From a bacterium (GTDB lineage Bacteria > SAR324 > NAC60-12), in the NCBI GenBank assembly GCA_965209155.1, contig OZ242383.1, positions 1,888,001-1,952,000 of the forward strand: 64,000 bases of DNA, in the 5' to 3' direction. Positions 29,509-40,130 of this stretch are shown in pieces. Each line of letters begins with the position of its first letter. Position 1 is the first letter of the stretch. A program made the translations under genes and the position numbers. The notes beneath the pieces are model-generated. The model was not told where the DNA came from. It made no database searches and saw only the letters and a list, made by a program, of their open reading frames with translations.

Positions 29509-29639
29509 GCTACCAATGGCAAATTTTCATTGCCTCTCTGGACCCCATCCAAGGGTCGGAACAATCAGGGAAAAGACCCGTTCTCGTTATCAGCCAAGAA
29601 CAACTCAATCAATTATTGCCGGTTGTCAATGTTATTCCT
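29505..29639 (+). pseudogene. PemK/MazF toxin, N-terminal half
   Basis: LDPIQGSEQSGKRPVLVIS..NVIP, truncated at the 56-bp repeat. Confidence 0.85.
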
Positions 29640-29759
29640 TCTCTCGAGGTTTCTTTAATGACAGAATCTTTGGGAAAAGGACTCTAAGAGTAGTATGGTT
29701 GATCTGATCGATTATTAAAACCGGCCTTTATAATTGAATTTTGGTATCCTGTCTGGTAG

Positions 29760-30101
29760 TTGAGGATACATGATGTACTGGTGTGGAACATCTTTGAAAG
29801 GGCAAGTCATTTTTTAAAAATTGCAGGTAAAGATGGAAAAGAGTTCGATCTGCCGGATGGGGTTTGGCATCTTATTCGGCAAAACCATCCTGAAGTTAAG
29901 TTGAATCATTTAAAACAAACCCTCCGTGACCCTGATGTGATTGTCCGGAGCAACTGGGATGAAGCCAGTCAGTTGTATTATAAAAAGATCGGACAATATT
30001 ACAAATCGGTGGTCGTTGAAAGTGAAGAAAAACGGGTTAAAACCACTTTAATCACAAACAAAGTGAAAACAGGAGAAACATTATGGAAAAAAACGCCATG
30101 A
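29760..30101 (+). CDS. PBECR2/RelE-like nuclease (putative toxin); start uncertain
   Basis: WHLI..HPE..TL.DPD.I..S..LYYK pattern; overlaps the DUF2283-like gene. Confidence 0.55.
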   Translation: MRIHDVLVWNIFERASHFLKIAGKDGKEFDLPDGVWHLIRQNHPEVKLNHLKQTLRDPDVIVRSNWDEASQLYYKKIGQYYKSVVVESEEKRVKTTLITNKVKTGETLWKKTP

Positions 30102-30322
30102 CATTGTCCTATGATCCTGACGCGGATGTACTTTATATGAGTTTTGGGGCACCCCAATTTGGACTGGATGAAGAGGGAGAAGCAGGGATTTTTATTCGGC
30201 GCCATCCCGAACATAAACGCATTATTGGAGCCACGGTGATGGATTTTCAAAAACGTTTTTCCAAAAAGTTGGAAGAAGTCTTGCCTATTACTCTTGAAGA
30301 TATTGATCAAATACCTGCTTGA
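30083..30322 (+). CDS. DUF2283-like antitoxin
   Basis: YDPDADVLYM..IIGATVMDF. Confidence 0.75.
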   Translation: MEKNAMTLSYDPDADVLYMSFGAPQFGLDEEGEAGIFIRRHPEHKRIIGATVMDFQKRFSKKLEEVLPITLEDIDQIPA

Positions 30323-30382
30323 GTTCTCCCTCCCATGATGCGGAGAGGAGGGTATCGCACGTGGAATGGCGCTTTTGTGCGC

Positions 30383-30878
30383 TTACCCGTTGAAAGGGGA
30401 GAGGAGTCGGGCCAGGAGACCTCGTTTGCGTTTCCTCTTTGCGGCGCCATAACTGCCCTGACCGCCCCGCAGTCGGGGATCGAGCAGGTCCCTCACCGCG
30501 TCGCCGAACATGTTTAGACTGTAAACGACAATCGTCAGACAAAGCCCCGGCCAGAGCGCCAGCCGGGGCGCCTGCTCCATGTAGCGACGCCCTTCACTGC
30601 TGAGCATAGCACCCCAGTCAGGAATCTCGGGTGGCAGACCGAATCCCAGGAAGCTCAGAGAGGCCGCAGAGATAATCATCCCCCCGATGTTGATCGAGAA
30701 GATGATGATGATCGGCGCCATTATATTGGGCAGGACATGGCGCAGGAGGATTTGGCTCGTGGAAGTGCCCACGGCTTTGGCGGCCAGAAAATAGTCATTC
30801 TCTTTGACACCAATCACGGCGCTGCGGATGACTCGGGATCCCCGACGCCAATAAGCGCCGGATGAGATAGGCTCTCAT
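30383..30878 (-). pseudogene. dppB'-'dppC deletion fusion
   Basis: ATG AGA GCC TAT CTC ATC CGG CGC TTA TTG (MRAYLIRRLL) is joined directly to the 3' half of dppC (SRVIRSAVIG..GDAVRDLLDP). Confidence 0.85.
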
Positions 30879-30887
30879 GGGAAACCC

Positions 30888-32665
30888 CTAATGCCCCATT
30901 TCTTTCTTCAGATCCTGGTCAATCCAGAGGCGGGCGAATATTGCCAATGAGTTACCCAGTCCCAGCTCGACTTCACCGTTATAACCTTTGATCCATGGCT
31001 GGGATGCATTAAACACTGGAACTTTAGGACCCCATATGAACCACTGCTGCTCTATAAAGTACATATCTGCCTCTCTAATCAGCCTCTTCTGCTCCTCAAG
31101 GGTGGCAGCGGCTTCGGCGGCTTCAACCTTGGCGTCCATCACAGGGTCCTGGTGTCCCTGTGGTGCAATTTACTTCGCGAGTGAAACTTGTCCATTAGGG
31201 TGAGGGGTGACGAGTCAACGCCGAGATCATAAGAAGCCGTCCCTTCATAAGTACCTTCCGTTACTAGCGCCCCCCACGCAGTATTGTCATGTACCTGAAT
31301 CTCCACATCAACGCCAATCTGAGTCCAGTATTCAACGGCTATTTCATAATAGCCTAGATCGAGTCGCTGCAAGTGGTGAAGGACGGTCTTGAATCGAATG
31401 CCATCCACGCCGCGCGGATATCCAGCCTCATCCAGGAGCTTCTCCGCCCCTTCCGGGTCATACCGAAAGCCTTGTTTGACCGCTTCGGGCCACTCTTCAA
31501 AGGGGACATAATACCCCTTCAAAGCATCCCCGACACCCCCCTGGGGTTGCCACTTAGCAAAACCCCTATAGTAGGTCTCGTTAATGGTCTCCAGGTCAAT
31601 GGCCATCTGCATGGCCTGGCGTATCCGGATGTCGTTGAAGAGCGACTGGTTGCGCAGGTTAAAAGCAACAGAGGTATTCGAGTTAAAGTACCACGGGTAC
31701 CACGTGATCTCGGGGTTGCTCCGTTGGAGGCTCTCTACCTGGCCGATATCCCCCAATTGAGTGGGGCCGGCTAAACCTGTGATATCATGCTTACCCGAGC
31801 GTAGTGCCGCCAGCCATGTTGCTTGTTCGGGCATTATCACCCGTCTTAACTGGTCAATATAGGGCAAGCGGTTCTGTGGGTATTTTTCGTCGGTACCCCA
31901 GTAGTCCGGATTTCTGGTATAGGTCAGAGAGCTGCCCTTGAGCCAGTCCGTCAGCATATAGGGACCGGTGCCGACCAGGTTCCTCCAATCCTGAACGTCG
32001 CCATGTTGCTCGATTACCTCGGGAGGCAATATCCAATGAAACCAGTGGCCGAGGAGACTCTCCAGCGCATCGTTGCGTGGCTCCTTCAGCTTAAAAACAA
32101 CCGTGGAATCGTCGGTGGCCGTAATCGATTCCCATGTCGCGACCTTCATCGAGTCGAATTGGCTAGCTTCGGTGAAGCCGCTGCCCAGACCCGTATAACG
32201 GTGAAAGTTATATTCAACATCCTTGGCCGTCATCTCTCGCCCGGACATCGGTGCCTTGTTATGCCAGTGAACGCCCTGGCGGATGTTGACAACGATCGTG
32301 GTGGGGTCAGGAGTTTCCCAGCTTTCCGCCAGATTCCCTCTGACGGCAAATAGCGGGACATACCTGCTTGTGAAGCCAAATTCATTCCTATCTATTCCCC
32401 AGTTCCCGATGGCGAGCTTCTCTGCAACGGCATCGACGCCCCTTGGTCCGTGGACCTGGGAGTAGGGGTCAGTACCCAAAGTCCCCTCGATCCGCTCGGC
32501 GTAGGTTAAGGTCCCCCCATATCGAGGGGCTTCCACCATTTCACCAGTGGTGGGGTCTTTGACCATCTCTGCAGCCATGGCTGCCGAACTGACCCCGAGA
32601 GCGGCCACCATCAGGATGAAGGTGAGCAATAAAGATTGGATTGTTCTGGTTTTGTTTTTTTCCAT
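30888..32665 (-). pseudogene. Family-5 solute-binding protein, frameshifted near 31150-31165 (alternative start 32845)
   Basis: Two ORFs (31139-32845, 30888-31142) together match the paralogs end to end. Confidence 0.85.
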
Positions 32666-32934
32666 GATTCCTCCTACACTTGAAGTGAAATTAGAAGATT
32701 CGCCATACCATTGAGCGAATCGGATCACCGCTCCCCGCTTTCGCCGGGACGAGTTTACGAGGAGAATTTTTTGTACGGCAGACACGATGTCTGCCATGTT
32801 CAGCCCCACGATCGGGGCAAAAAGTTGCTTGAAATACATAGCCATGGGAACTCCTTATACAAGAGATTGAAAATACTTCACCCGGCCATTGAGCACATCG
32901 AAAGAACGGGTACGCGAAGGCCTGGACGAGGAAC

Positions 32935-33123
32935 AAAAGATTCCCGGGGAAGAGGAATTGCTTTCACATATTTGATTCGCTTCCTCTCTTCCCCAAGCAA
33001 TTCCATTGGTACGATAAATGTAATATATATATTGCAAGCTTTTTTTGTCATTTTTTTGCTTTGAAACGCAAGCTACTGAAATTAGTGCAGTTGGTTAAGC
33101 GGTAGCGCATTCTTTTTACCTCT
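32935..33123. repeat. Conserved promoter/leader region, copy C (truncated)
   Basis: Aligns with 18682-18870. Confidence 0.85.
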
Positions 33124-33140
33124 CTAGTAGGAGCAATAAA

Positions 33141-33245
33141 GAAGCTGAAAACTGGAGAGAATTACCCGAAATTATCAACACCCCTGAAATGAGGCAAGCA
33201 ATGGCAGTCTTAAAACGATTTTCTGAAAAAGAAGCGAATTATCAT
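33141..33245 (+). pseudogene. Internal fragment of an Rpn-like protein
   Basis: EAENWRELPEIINTPEMRQAMAVLKRFSEKEANYH. Confidence 0.55.
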
Positions 33246-33270
33246 TGTCTGTAACAGGGACTAGCTCCTC

Positions 33271-33900
33271 TTATGCCTGTACAAAGGGATTGTAGCGCAT
33301 TTCGTTACCGATAGTGGTGGAGGGGCCATGGCCGGTGATGACATGGGTATCCTCATCAAGAGTATAAATCTGTTGTTTGATGGATCGAGTAATCGTTTCA
33401 AAGCTGCCGCCCCATAGATCCGTCCGACCTACGGAACCTTGGAACAAAGTGTCTCCTGCAATCAGTAGCTTTTGCTGCTCAAACAAAAAACTCATGGATC
33501 CGGGCGTATGGCCTGGCGTGTGGAGGGCTTTGCCTTTAAATTGATTGATATCCAATTCTTCCTCGTGTTCCAGCCAATGATCAGGAGGAGGAGTCGGTCG
33601 ATAGGGAATTCCGAACATGTCGCACTGGCCTTTCAGGTTATCCCAGAGGGGCTTGTCTTCCGGATGAAGCGCCAGGGGAGCTCCTGTGGCTTTTGCGATC
33701 TCCCCGGATGCGAGAAAGTGATCCAAATGGGCGTGAGTGTGGATGATTTGGACAACAGTCAGTCCCAGTGATTGCAAAGTTTCCAGAATGAGCGTGGCAT
33801 CACCTCCGGGATCGACGACAATGGCTTTTCCGCTCCGGGAGTCTCCCAATATTGCGCAATTACAGGAAAGCGGACCTACGGGGAATGATTTAACAATCAT
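33271..33900 (-). CDS. MBL-fold metallo-hydrolase (glyoxalase II/YcbL-like)
   Basis: THAHLDH, TPGHTPG, GDTLF, GRTDL; likely start MIVKS at 33900. Confidence 0.9.
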   Translation of the reverse strand: MIVKSFPVGPLSCNCAILGDSRSGKAIVVDPGGDATLILETLQSLGLTVVQIIHTHAHLDHFLASGEIAKATGAPLALHPEDKPLWDNLKGQCDMFGIPYRPTPPPDHWLEHEEELDINQFKGKALHTPGHTPGSMSFLFEQQKLLIAGDTLFQGSVGRTDLWGGSFETITRSIKQQIYTLDEDTHVITGHGPSTTIGNEMRYNPFVQA

Positions 33901-33920
33901 GGAAGAAATTGTGGATTTCA

Positions 33921-36350
33921 TCACATAAGCACATTTTCTGGTTCCGGTACACGGAAATAATTGCAGTTGGACTGAGGACATTCCAGGAAATGCTCTTTTC
34001 CAGATGGTTTCTCTTCCATGATTGGGAAACCGCATTGTGGACAGGCTTCATCAACCGGCTTGTTCCAAATGGCATATTTGCACTTGGGATATTTGGAACA
34101 ACCGTAAAACGTTTTCCCTTTGCGAGATTTTCTCTCGAGGAGCGTACCCTTTTTACACTCGGGACAAGAAACCCCCGTATCAGCTTGAATTTTTTTCTGA
34201 ATATAGTTGCAACGGGGATAGTCGACACATGAAATAAAAGGACTGTAACGACCTTTACGCTGAACCAATTTGGAGCCGCAAAGGACGCATTTACCTTCCA
34301 CCGGGATGGGGGAATCCTCTTCAAATGGTCGAGTATTCCGGCATTCTGGATAATTGGTACAGGCATAAAATTTTCCAAAACGTCCAGTCTTAACCTTAAA
34401 GAGGTTCCCACATTGATCACACTTGAAGTCACTTAATTCCTGTTTGGCAATTTGGGGATTCCCATCAACGTCTCGAGTCAGTTCCGCCGTAAATTTACAG
34501 TCGGGAAAATTGGAACAGGATAAAAATTCTCCGTTTTTACCCCACTTGATCACCAGCAGGTTTTGACAATTTTCACAGGCGAGAGTGGTGGGAATTTCCT
34601 GTTTTTTGACATCTCGCATCTTCACCTGCGCCTCTTGGAGGTCTGATTTGAATTTCTTATAGAAGACACGGATCGCCTCCGTCCAATTTTCATCGCCGGT
34701 TTCAACGGCATCTAGAATATCTTCCAGGTGAGCCGTGAAATGGACATCGAGAATTTCAGGGAAATTTTCAACCAGCAATTCATCAACGAGCATGCCGGTC
34801 GCAGTGGGATGGAAGCGATTTTGAATTCGTTCCACATATTCTCGTTTGGTGATGGTTTCCATGATGGATGCGAAGGTGCTCGGGCGTCCGATGCCTTTTT
34901 CTTCCAATTCCCTGACCAAGCTGGCCTGGCTATAACGAGGGGGTGGTTCCGTAAAGTGTTGAGAAGGTGTGATATCGCCGACTTGCAGCACTTCTCCTTC
35001 TTTCAAAGGGGGTAAGGCTTGGTCCGGTTCTTCTTTTTGAACATCGTCTTTTCCCTCTTCGTACAGTTTGAGAAATCCCGAAAACAACAAGACGGATCCC
35101 GTCACTTTCCACAAGAATTTCCCCGCCGTGATTTCGACCTGCGTTTGGTCATAGACTGCGGAACTCATCTGCGAAGAAACAAAACGGTTCCAGATTAATT
35201 CATAAAGACGTTGCTGGTCTTTGTCGAGAAAAGAACGCGTTTGTTCCGGGGAATATCGCATGGAGGTCGGTCGAATCGCCTCATGAGCGTCTTGAACTTT
35301 TTTGGACTGTTTTGTTTTGTATATTCTCGCTTTTTGAGGACAATAATCTTTGCCGTAGGTCTTGATGATCATTTTTCGAACATCCCTGAGGATGCTTTCA
35401 GAAATGCGCAGGGAGTCAGTACGCATGTAAGTGATCAATCCGCCAATTTCATCATTCACTCCTTCATACAACTGTTGGGCAATCCGCATGGTCCGGGTGC
35501 TACTGAAACCCAATTTGCGGGCCGCTTCCTGTTGCAGGGTCGAGGTGATGAACGGGCCCGCGGGATGTCGAAGGCGTTGCTTTTTAGTGACTTTGTCGAT
35601 GACGAATGTTTCCTTTTCGCACTGCTTTTTGATGTCAGTCGCAGTCTTCTCGTCACCGATAACGATGTCAGTCGCAGTCTTCTCGTTACCGAAAACGACG
35701 TTTTTTCCGTCTAGTTTTGCCAGTTTGATTTGAAATGATTGATTTTTTTGATTTTTAGCAACTGCGTTTATTTTCCAGTACTCCCTGGATTTGAATTTTC
35801 TGATCTCGGCTTCTCGTTGACAGATTAAACGCACTGCCACTGATTGGACACGCCCCGCACTGAGACCAAAACGCACCTTTTCCCATAGAAGGGGACTGAT
35901 TTGATACCCCACCAGCCGGTCCAACACGCGTCTTGCTTTTTGTGCGTTATATTTACTGAAATTAAGGGAATCAGCCTGCTTGATTTTTTCTAAAACGGAG
36001 CTTTTGGTGATTTCGTAAAGAAGCAGACGAAAAATATCTCCTTTGAAATAGGGTTTCAGTTCTTCAGCGAGATGCACCGCAATCGCTTCGCCTTCACGGT
36101 CCGGGTCAGGTGCCAAATAGATATTCTCTGCTGATTTTGCAGCCTTTAGAATGGTTCCGAGTATCGTCCGTTTTTTAGAGATGACGTCATATTCAGGCTC
36201 GAAATCTTTTTCGATATTGACGCCCAAACGATCCTTGGGAAGATCTTTCACGTGACCTACGGAAGCAAGCACCTTGAAATCTTTGCCTAAATATTTGTTG
36301 ATTGTTTTGGCTTTTGCCGGGGATTCCACAATTACCAATGAATTTGTCAT
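33921..36350 (-). CDS. topA: DNA topoisomerase I with C-terminal Zn ribbons
   Basis: IVESPAKAKTI, DPDREGE, SAGRVQS, LITYMRTDS, GIGRPST. Confidence 0.97.
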   Translation of the reverse strand: MTNSLVIVESPAKAKTINKYLGKDFKVLASVGHVKDLPKDRLGVNIEKDFEPEYDVISKKRTILGTILKAAKSAENIYLAPDPDREGEAIAVHLAEELKPYFKGDIFRLLLYEITKSSVLEKIKQADSLNFSKYNAQKARRVLDRLVGYQISPLLWEKVRFGLSAGRVQSVAVRLICQREAEIRKFKSREYWKINAVAKNQKNQSFQIKLAKLDGKNVVFGNEKTATDIVIGDEKTATDIKKQCEKETFVIDKVTKKQRLRHPAGPFITSTLQQEAARKLGFSSTRTMRIAQQLYEGVNDEIGGLITYMRTDSLRISESILRDVRKMIIKTYGKDYCPQKARIYKTKQSKKVQDAHEAIRPTSMRYSPEQTRSFLDKDQQRLYELIWNRFVSSQMSSAVYDQTQVEITAGKFLWKVTGSVLLFSGFLKLYEEGKDDVQKEEPDQALPPLKEGEVLQVGDITPSQHFTEPPPRYSQASLVRELEEKGIGRPSTFASIMETITKREYVERIQNRFHPTATGMLVDELLVENFPEILDVHFTAHLEDILDAVETGDENWTEAIRVFYKKFKSDLQEAQVKMRDVKKQEIPTTLACENCQNLLVIKWGKNGEFLSCSNFPDCKFTAELTRDVDGNPQIAKQELSDFKCDQCGNLFKVKTGRFGKFYACTNYPECRNTRPFEEDSPIPVEGKCVLCGSKLVQRKGRYSPFISCVDYPRCNYIQKKIQADTGVSCPECKKGTLLERKSRKGKTFYGCSKYPKCKYAIWNKPVDEACPQCGFPIMEEKPSGKEHFLECPQSNCNYFRVPEPENVLM

Positions 36351-36566
36351 AACTGAATTTTTTTAAAAGTTGAGGTAAAGAGGCTTGAAGCAGACCTGAT
36401 TGATTGATAAGGGCGATAGAATAATATTCTTCTCGACAGAGCGGGTGTTTTGCCTTGAGAGCATTGAACCAAACTGCATTTTTTTATTTCTGGTTTACCG
36501 TTTTTCCGTCTGGAATCCTAATTAATGTTCACATTAATTCAAGTGAAATATTTGAGACTACGCAGG

Positions 36567-37100
36567 TTATGAACTCCGTGGTTGTATCAGCTTCAGTTTT
36601 TTAAGTGGTAAGAAATCCAACAGCAGGTGGGTGTACCATCCTCCAATGCATGCAATGACGAGCCAGCGGTGATTGGCCAAATGCTGAACGATTCGATCCA
36701 TTGAAAAGTCCTGAATAAACTGCTCTTTGGTCAGTAAGTATTCGTATAAGACGGCCAGGGCGACAGGGAACAATAAAACCGAAAAAAAATTATGCGTCCA
36801 ACCGCGATGGCTGTTCAACAAAGGCGTGATCGCCACGAGAGCCAGCAGTGTGGCTTCCTCGAACCGTTGATAATAACTCAATATCAACAGGAGGACGAAG
36901 ATGGAGCGAAAAAACCATCGCTGCGGAATGGAACTGATGTCCAAATCCGGAAACAAACTGAAAAACAGGGTCACCAGAAAAATCTGTCCCAAGAGTAAAG
37001 GAGGAGCGGGAACTCCCAATGGTTCACTGAGGACAAATGCGCCAACCGAGAGAATCGCTCCCGTGGCCATCCCTCCGGTTAAGTGCCCCTTGAAATTCAT
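36567..37100 (-). CDS. Membrane metal-dependent hydrolase (YdjM-like)
   Basis: GH, PDLD, HRGWTH, HLLLD. Confidence 0.8.
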   Translation of the reverse strand: MNFKGHLTGGMATGAILSVGAFVLSEPLGVPAPPLLLGQIFLVTLFFSLFPDLDISSIPQRWFFRSIFVLLLILSYYQRFEEATLLALVAITPLLNSHRGWTHNFFSVLLFPVALAVLYEYLLTKEQFIQDFSMDRIVQHLANHRWLVIACIGGWYTHLLLDFLPLKKLKLIQPRSS

Positions 37101-37321
37101 TGTATCCCGGAAAAAAAGAATTGATTGAAAAATATCTTTTGAGGGGAAGGATTATCACTTTACATGCTCAACCTGCAATCCTTATGCCTGCTAATTCATG
37201 AAAAAATGGGAATTCACATAAAAAAATGAAGCGTGCGAAACCGGGTTGGACTGACAATTCATTGCTTTCAAGGGGAGAATTTTATATATCCGGCGATTGA
37301 GCTTATCTTACCGGTTTTTCA

Positions 37322-38170
37322 TCAAGATGGCCAGAGTTGCGCGCCTCCATCGACTCGCAACACTTGACCCGTGATATAGGAAGAGTCGGCAGTGACCAGA
37401 AATTCTAAAGTCAGGGCAATCTCCTGCGGCCAACCGTACCGAGTCAGCGTGCCGTCCTCTACTTTACGACTTTCATCCGTCTCACGACTGGCGAGAAATC
37501 GAGGCGTAATGATTTCTCCCGGCGCAATCGCGTTGACGTAGACATTGTATTCACGCATTTGGGCCGCAAGACACCTGGTATATTCATGTACTGCGGCCTT
37601 TGATGTGCTGTAGATTGCAGAATACGCTTGACCCCTTAATCCTGCAACGCTGCCGATATTAACGATCCAGCCTGATTTTCTGTCCATCATCCCAGGCGCC
37701 ACTGCTCGACATGGAAGAATGCAGGTCATCAAATTACGATCCATCACCGTGCGAACATCTGCGACAGACACGTACACCGCATCGTTAGTGACCGGTTTGC
37801 CCGCATTTTGACCCAGCGTCCCCTGGACACCGATGTCGCCACCCGCGTTATTCACCAGGATATCGATGGGACCGAAATGCTCACTGATCTGAGCCGTCAG
37901 TTTGTTAACGACGTTTTCGTCTGTCAAATCGCCATGCACCGCCAGCACTTCAGCATTATGCGCCATTGCGATTTCTTCGACGACCTGCTCGAGAGAATCT
38001 GCTTCATTGAAGGCTCGGGTAGAAGTCGGAGTGGTGCCATGAATGATTACTCTTGCGCCAAGATTTGCCAGGTGATTCGCCACCACGCGACCAATGCCAC
38101 GGGATGAGCCGGTAATCCATGCCACTTTCCCTTGTAATCTCTTTTCAGTCATTGGGTTCTTTTTCTTCAT
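37322..38170 (-). CDS. SDR oxidoreductase (start 38170 or 38152)
   Basis: TGSSRGIG, NNAG, YSTSK. Confidence 0.9.
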   Translation of the reverse strand: MKKKNPMTEKRLQGKVAWITGSSRGIGRVVANHLANLGARVIIHGTTPTSTRAFNEADSLEQVVEEIAMAHNAEVLAVHGDLTDENVVNKLTAQISEHFGPIDILVNNAGGDIGVQGTLGQNAGKPVTNDAVYVSVADVRTVMDRNLMTCILPCRAVAPGMMDRKSGWIVNIGSVAGLRGQAYSAIYSTSKAAVHEYTRCLAAQMREYNVYVNAIAPGEIITPRFLASRETDESRKVEDGTLTRYGWPQEIALTLEFLVTADSSYITGQVLRVDGGAQLWPS

Positions 38171-38380
38171 TGGTTTTATTTGCTGCCTGGTAGCTATAAC
38201 GGTTCGACCACATTTTCTGCTCAATTATTTTAATTTCGAAGGAATGTGAAGAATCATGGAGATCACTCCCCGGACTGGGGATGTCTCGGCGAGATACGAT
38301 CAAGTGATCCGGTAAAATTGCTCCTCGAGTTCCGGCACTATATCAGTGATAGATCGGGTCGTCAAGTTGGCTGTCATTCC

Positions 38381-39349
38381 TTAAGGTATCAGTAATATTT
38401 TTCCTGTCGTTTTTCGTCCTTCCAGATCAATATGGGCGTTTTTAGCCTCTGAAAGGGGAAAGACATGATTGATGGCCAAGTTCAATTTCTTTTCTTTGAT
38501 CCAGCTAAAAATCTCATTGGTTCGTTGTTCCAGGTCTTCCCTGTCAGCAATATAATCGTTCAAGGAGGGACGTGTCAGAAATAAAGAACCTTTGGCTTGT
38601 AGATGTACAGGATTGAATTCCGTTACCGGACCGCTGGAATTGCCATAGAGCACCAGATAACCTCGCGGTCTCAGACAATTGAGACTTTTGGAGCAGGTGG
38701 TTTTACCAATAGAATCATAAACGACGTGGACTCCCTGACCATCGGTGAGTCGGGAGACTTCTTGTTCAAAATCGGTTTGAGTATATAGGATCACTTCATC
38801 AGCGCCCACTGCTTTGGCCTTGGCTGCTTTTTCTTCCGTAGAAACAGTCCCAATTGTATATGCACCAGCCATTTTTGCCATTTGAAGCATCAAGAGACCC
38901 ATCCCTCCGGCAGCGGCGTGAATCAGACAACGGTCACCTTTTTGTAAAGGATATGTGGAATGAGTCAGATAATGAGCGGTACACCCCTGTAACATTGCGG
39001 CTGCCCCTTCCCGGAGGGAAACACCTGTCGGTAATTTCACCAATCTCGACTCCGGCACCTTCACATATTCCGCATAAGCACCAGGAATTCCAGTGAAGGC
39101 AACATGCTCTCCAATGGAAAAATCAGAGACGCTTGCGCCAAAGTTTTCTACAACCCCCGCTCCTTCCATTCCCAATACATATGGGAGATTTACCGGATAG
39201 AGTCCCGATCGTTGATAAGTGTCAATGAAGTTGACACCAGCCGCTCCGATACGTACTAAAACATCACTTGCTCCACACGCAGGGATGTCGATCTCTTCAT
39301 ATCTCATTTTTTCAGGGCCACCCGTTTCTTTGATCAATATTGCTTTCAT
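38381..39349 (-). CDS. qor: NADPH:quinone oxidoreductase (zeta-crystallin family)
   Basis: GVNFID, HAAAGG, KGSLFLTRP, GRKTTGK. Confidence 0.9.
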   Translation of the reverse strand: MKAILIKETGGPEKMRYEEIDIPACGASDVLVRIGAAGVNFIDTYQRSGLYPVNLPYVLGMEGAGVVENFGASVSDFSIGEHVAFTGIPGAYAEYVKVPESRLVKLPTGVSLREGAAAMLQGCTAHYLTHSTYPLQKGDRCLIHAAAGGMGLLMLQMAKMAGAYTIGTVSTEEKAAKAKAVGADEVILYTQTDFEQEVSRLTDGQGVHVVYDSIGKTTCSKSLNCLRPRGYLVLYGNSSGPVTEFNPVHLQAKGSLFLTRPSLNDYIADREDLEQRTNEIFSWIKEKKLNLAINHVFPLSEAKNAHIDLEGRKTTGKILLIP

Positions 39350-39377
39350 TGGCTGTATTCCATCTATATGATTTTTA

Positions 39378-39937
39378 AGTCATCACCACCAGCAGAGCCG
39401 GTGGCTTGAAGAGGCCCCCAGGATGGGGGCAAAACGTGTTCGTCATCGTAAGACGTGCTCGTGCTCGTGAACGAAAAAGGCTGCCATGTCAGATCATGAA
39501 AAACTCGATGTATACCAATGTTCCATCGAATTTTTAGCGTTATCTGTCCAAGTCATCGAAACATGGCCAAAAGGATACTCAGCCTTAGTTGACCAACTGA
39601 AAAGGGCCTCATGGTCGATTCCTCTCAATATCGCAGAAGGCTGTGGAAAAAATTCCTTTCCTGACAAGCAACGATTCTATGCATTTGCCCGAAGTTCCGC
39701 AATGGAATGCGCTGCTATTCTCGATGTTTTAAACGTGTTGAAGATCATCCAGCCTCCTTTATTTGACGAAGGGAAACAGTTACTTCATCGCAGTGTTTCT
39801 ATGTTAACCAAAATGTGCCGTCGAATTCACTGACCGTTCACGAGCACGAGCACGGCTAACGGACACGGATACGTTTCTCATGTCTGACCGGCAAAGCCTA
39901 TCAGGTTCGCACCAGCAGAGCTGGTGGTTTAATGAGA
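39378..39937 (+). mobile_element. Transposase-less cassette with IS200/IS605-like hairpin ends, copy 1
   Basis: Reverse complement of 45756-46309; terminal CCACC.GCAGAGC.GGTGG hairpins; no TSD seen. Confidence 0.8.
39486..39833 (+). CDS. Four-helix-bundle protein (23S IVS protein/Avd-like family)
   Basis: HEKLDVYQ, DQLKRAS.SIPLNIAEG, ARSSAMEC. Confidence 0.9.
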   Translation: MSDHEKLDVYQCSIEFLALSVQVIETWPKGYSALVDQLKRASWSIPLNIAEGCGKNSFPDKQRFYAFARSSAMECAAILDVLNVLKIIQPPLFDEGKQLLHRSVSMLTKMCRRIH

Positions 39938-39957
39938 TTAATTAATCGTAACTATTC

Positions 39958-40130
39958 GCGTGAATCAGGAGTTAAAAAACGTGTCATTCCTGGCTTGAAC
40001 AGGAATCCAGGGGGATCCGGGCGACATTCTGGATACCGGATCATCCCGGACCAGATCCGGGACCAGGATGACACATCATAATTATTAAATGATTGATTTT
40101 ATAAATTAAATTTCAACTCCTGATTCGCAT
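39958..40130. mobile_element. MITE-like element carrying a GTCATTCC..GGAATCCA palindrome
   Basis: TIR GAATCAGGAGTT/AACTCCTGATTC; 7-bp direct repeat ACTATTC at 39951-39957 and 40131-40137. Confidence 0.75.

Noticed and set aside
33901..34035. N-terminal extension of the MBL hydrolase
   Set aside because: Overlaps the topA 3' end; family similarity starts at 33900.
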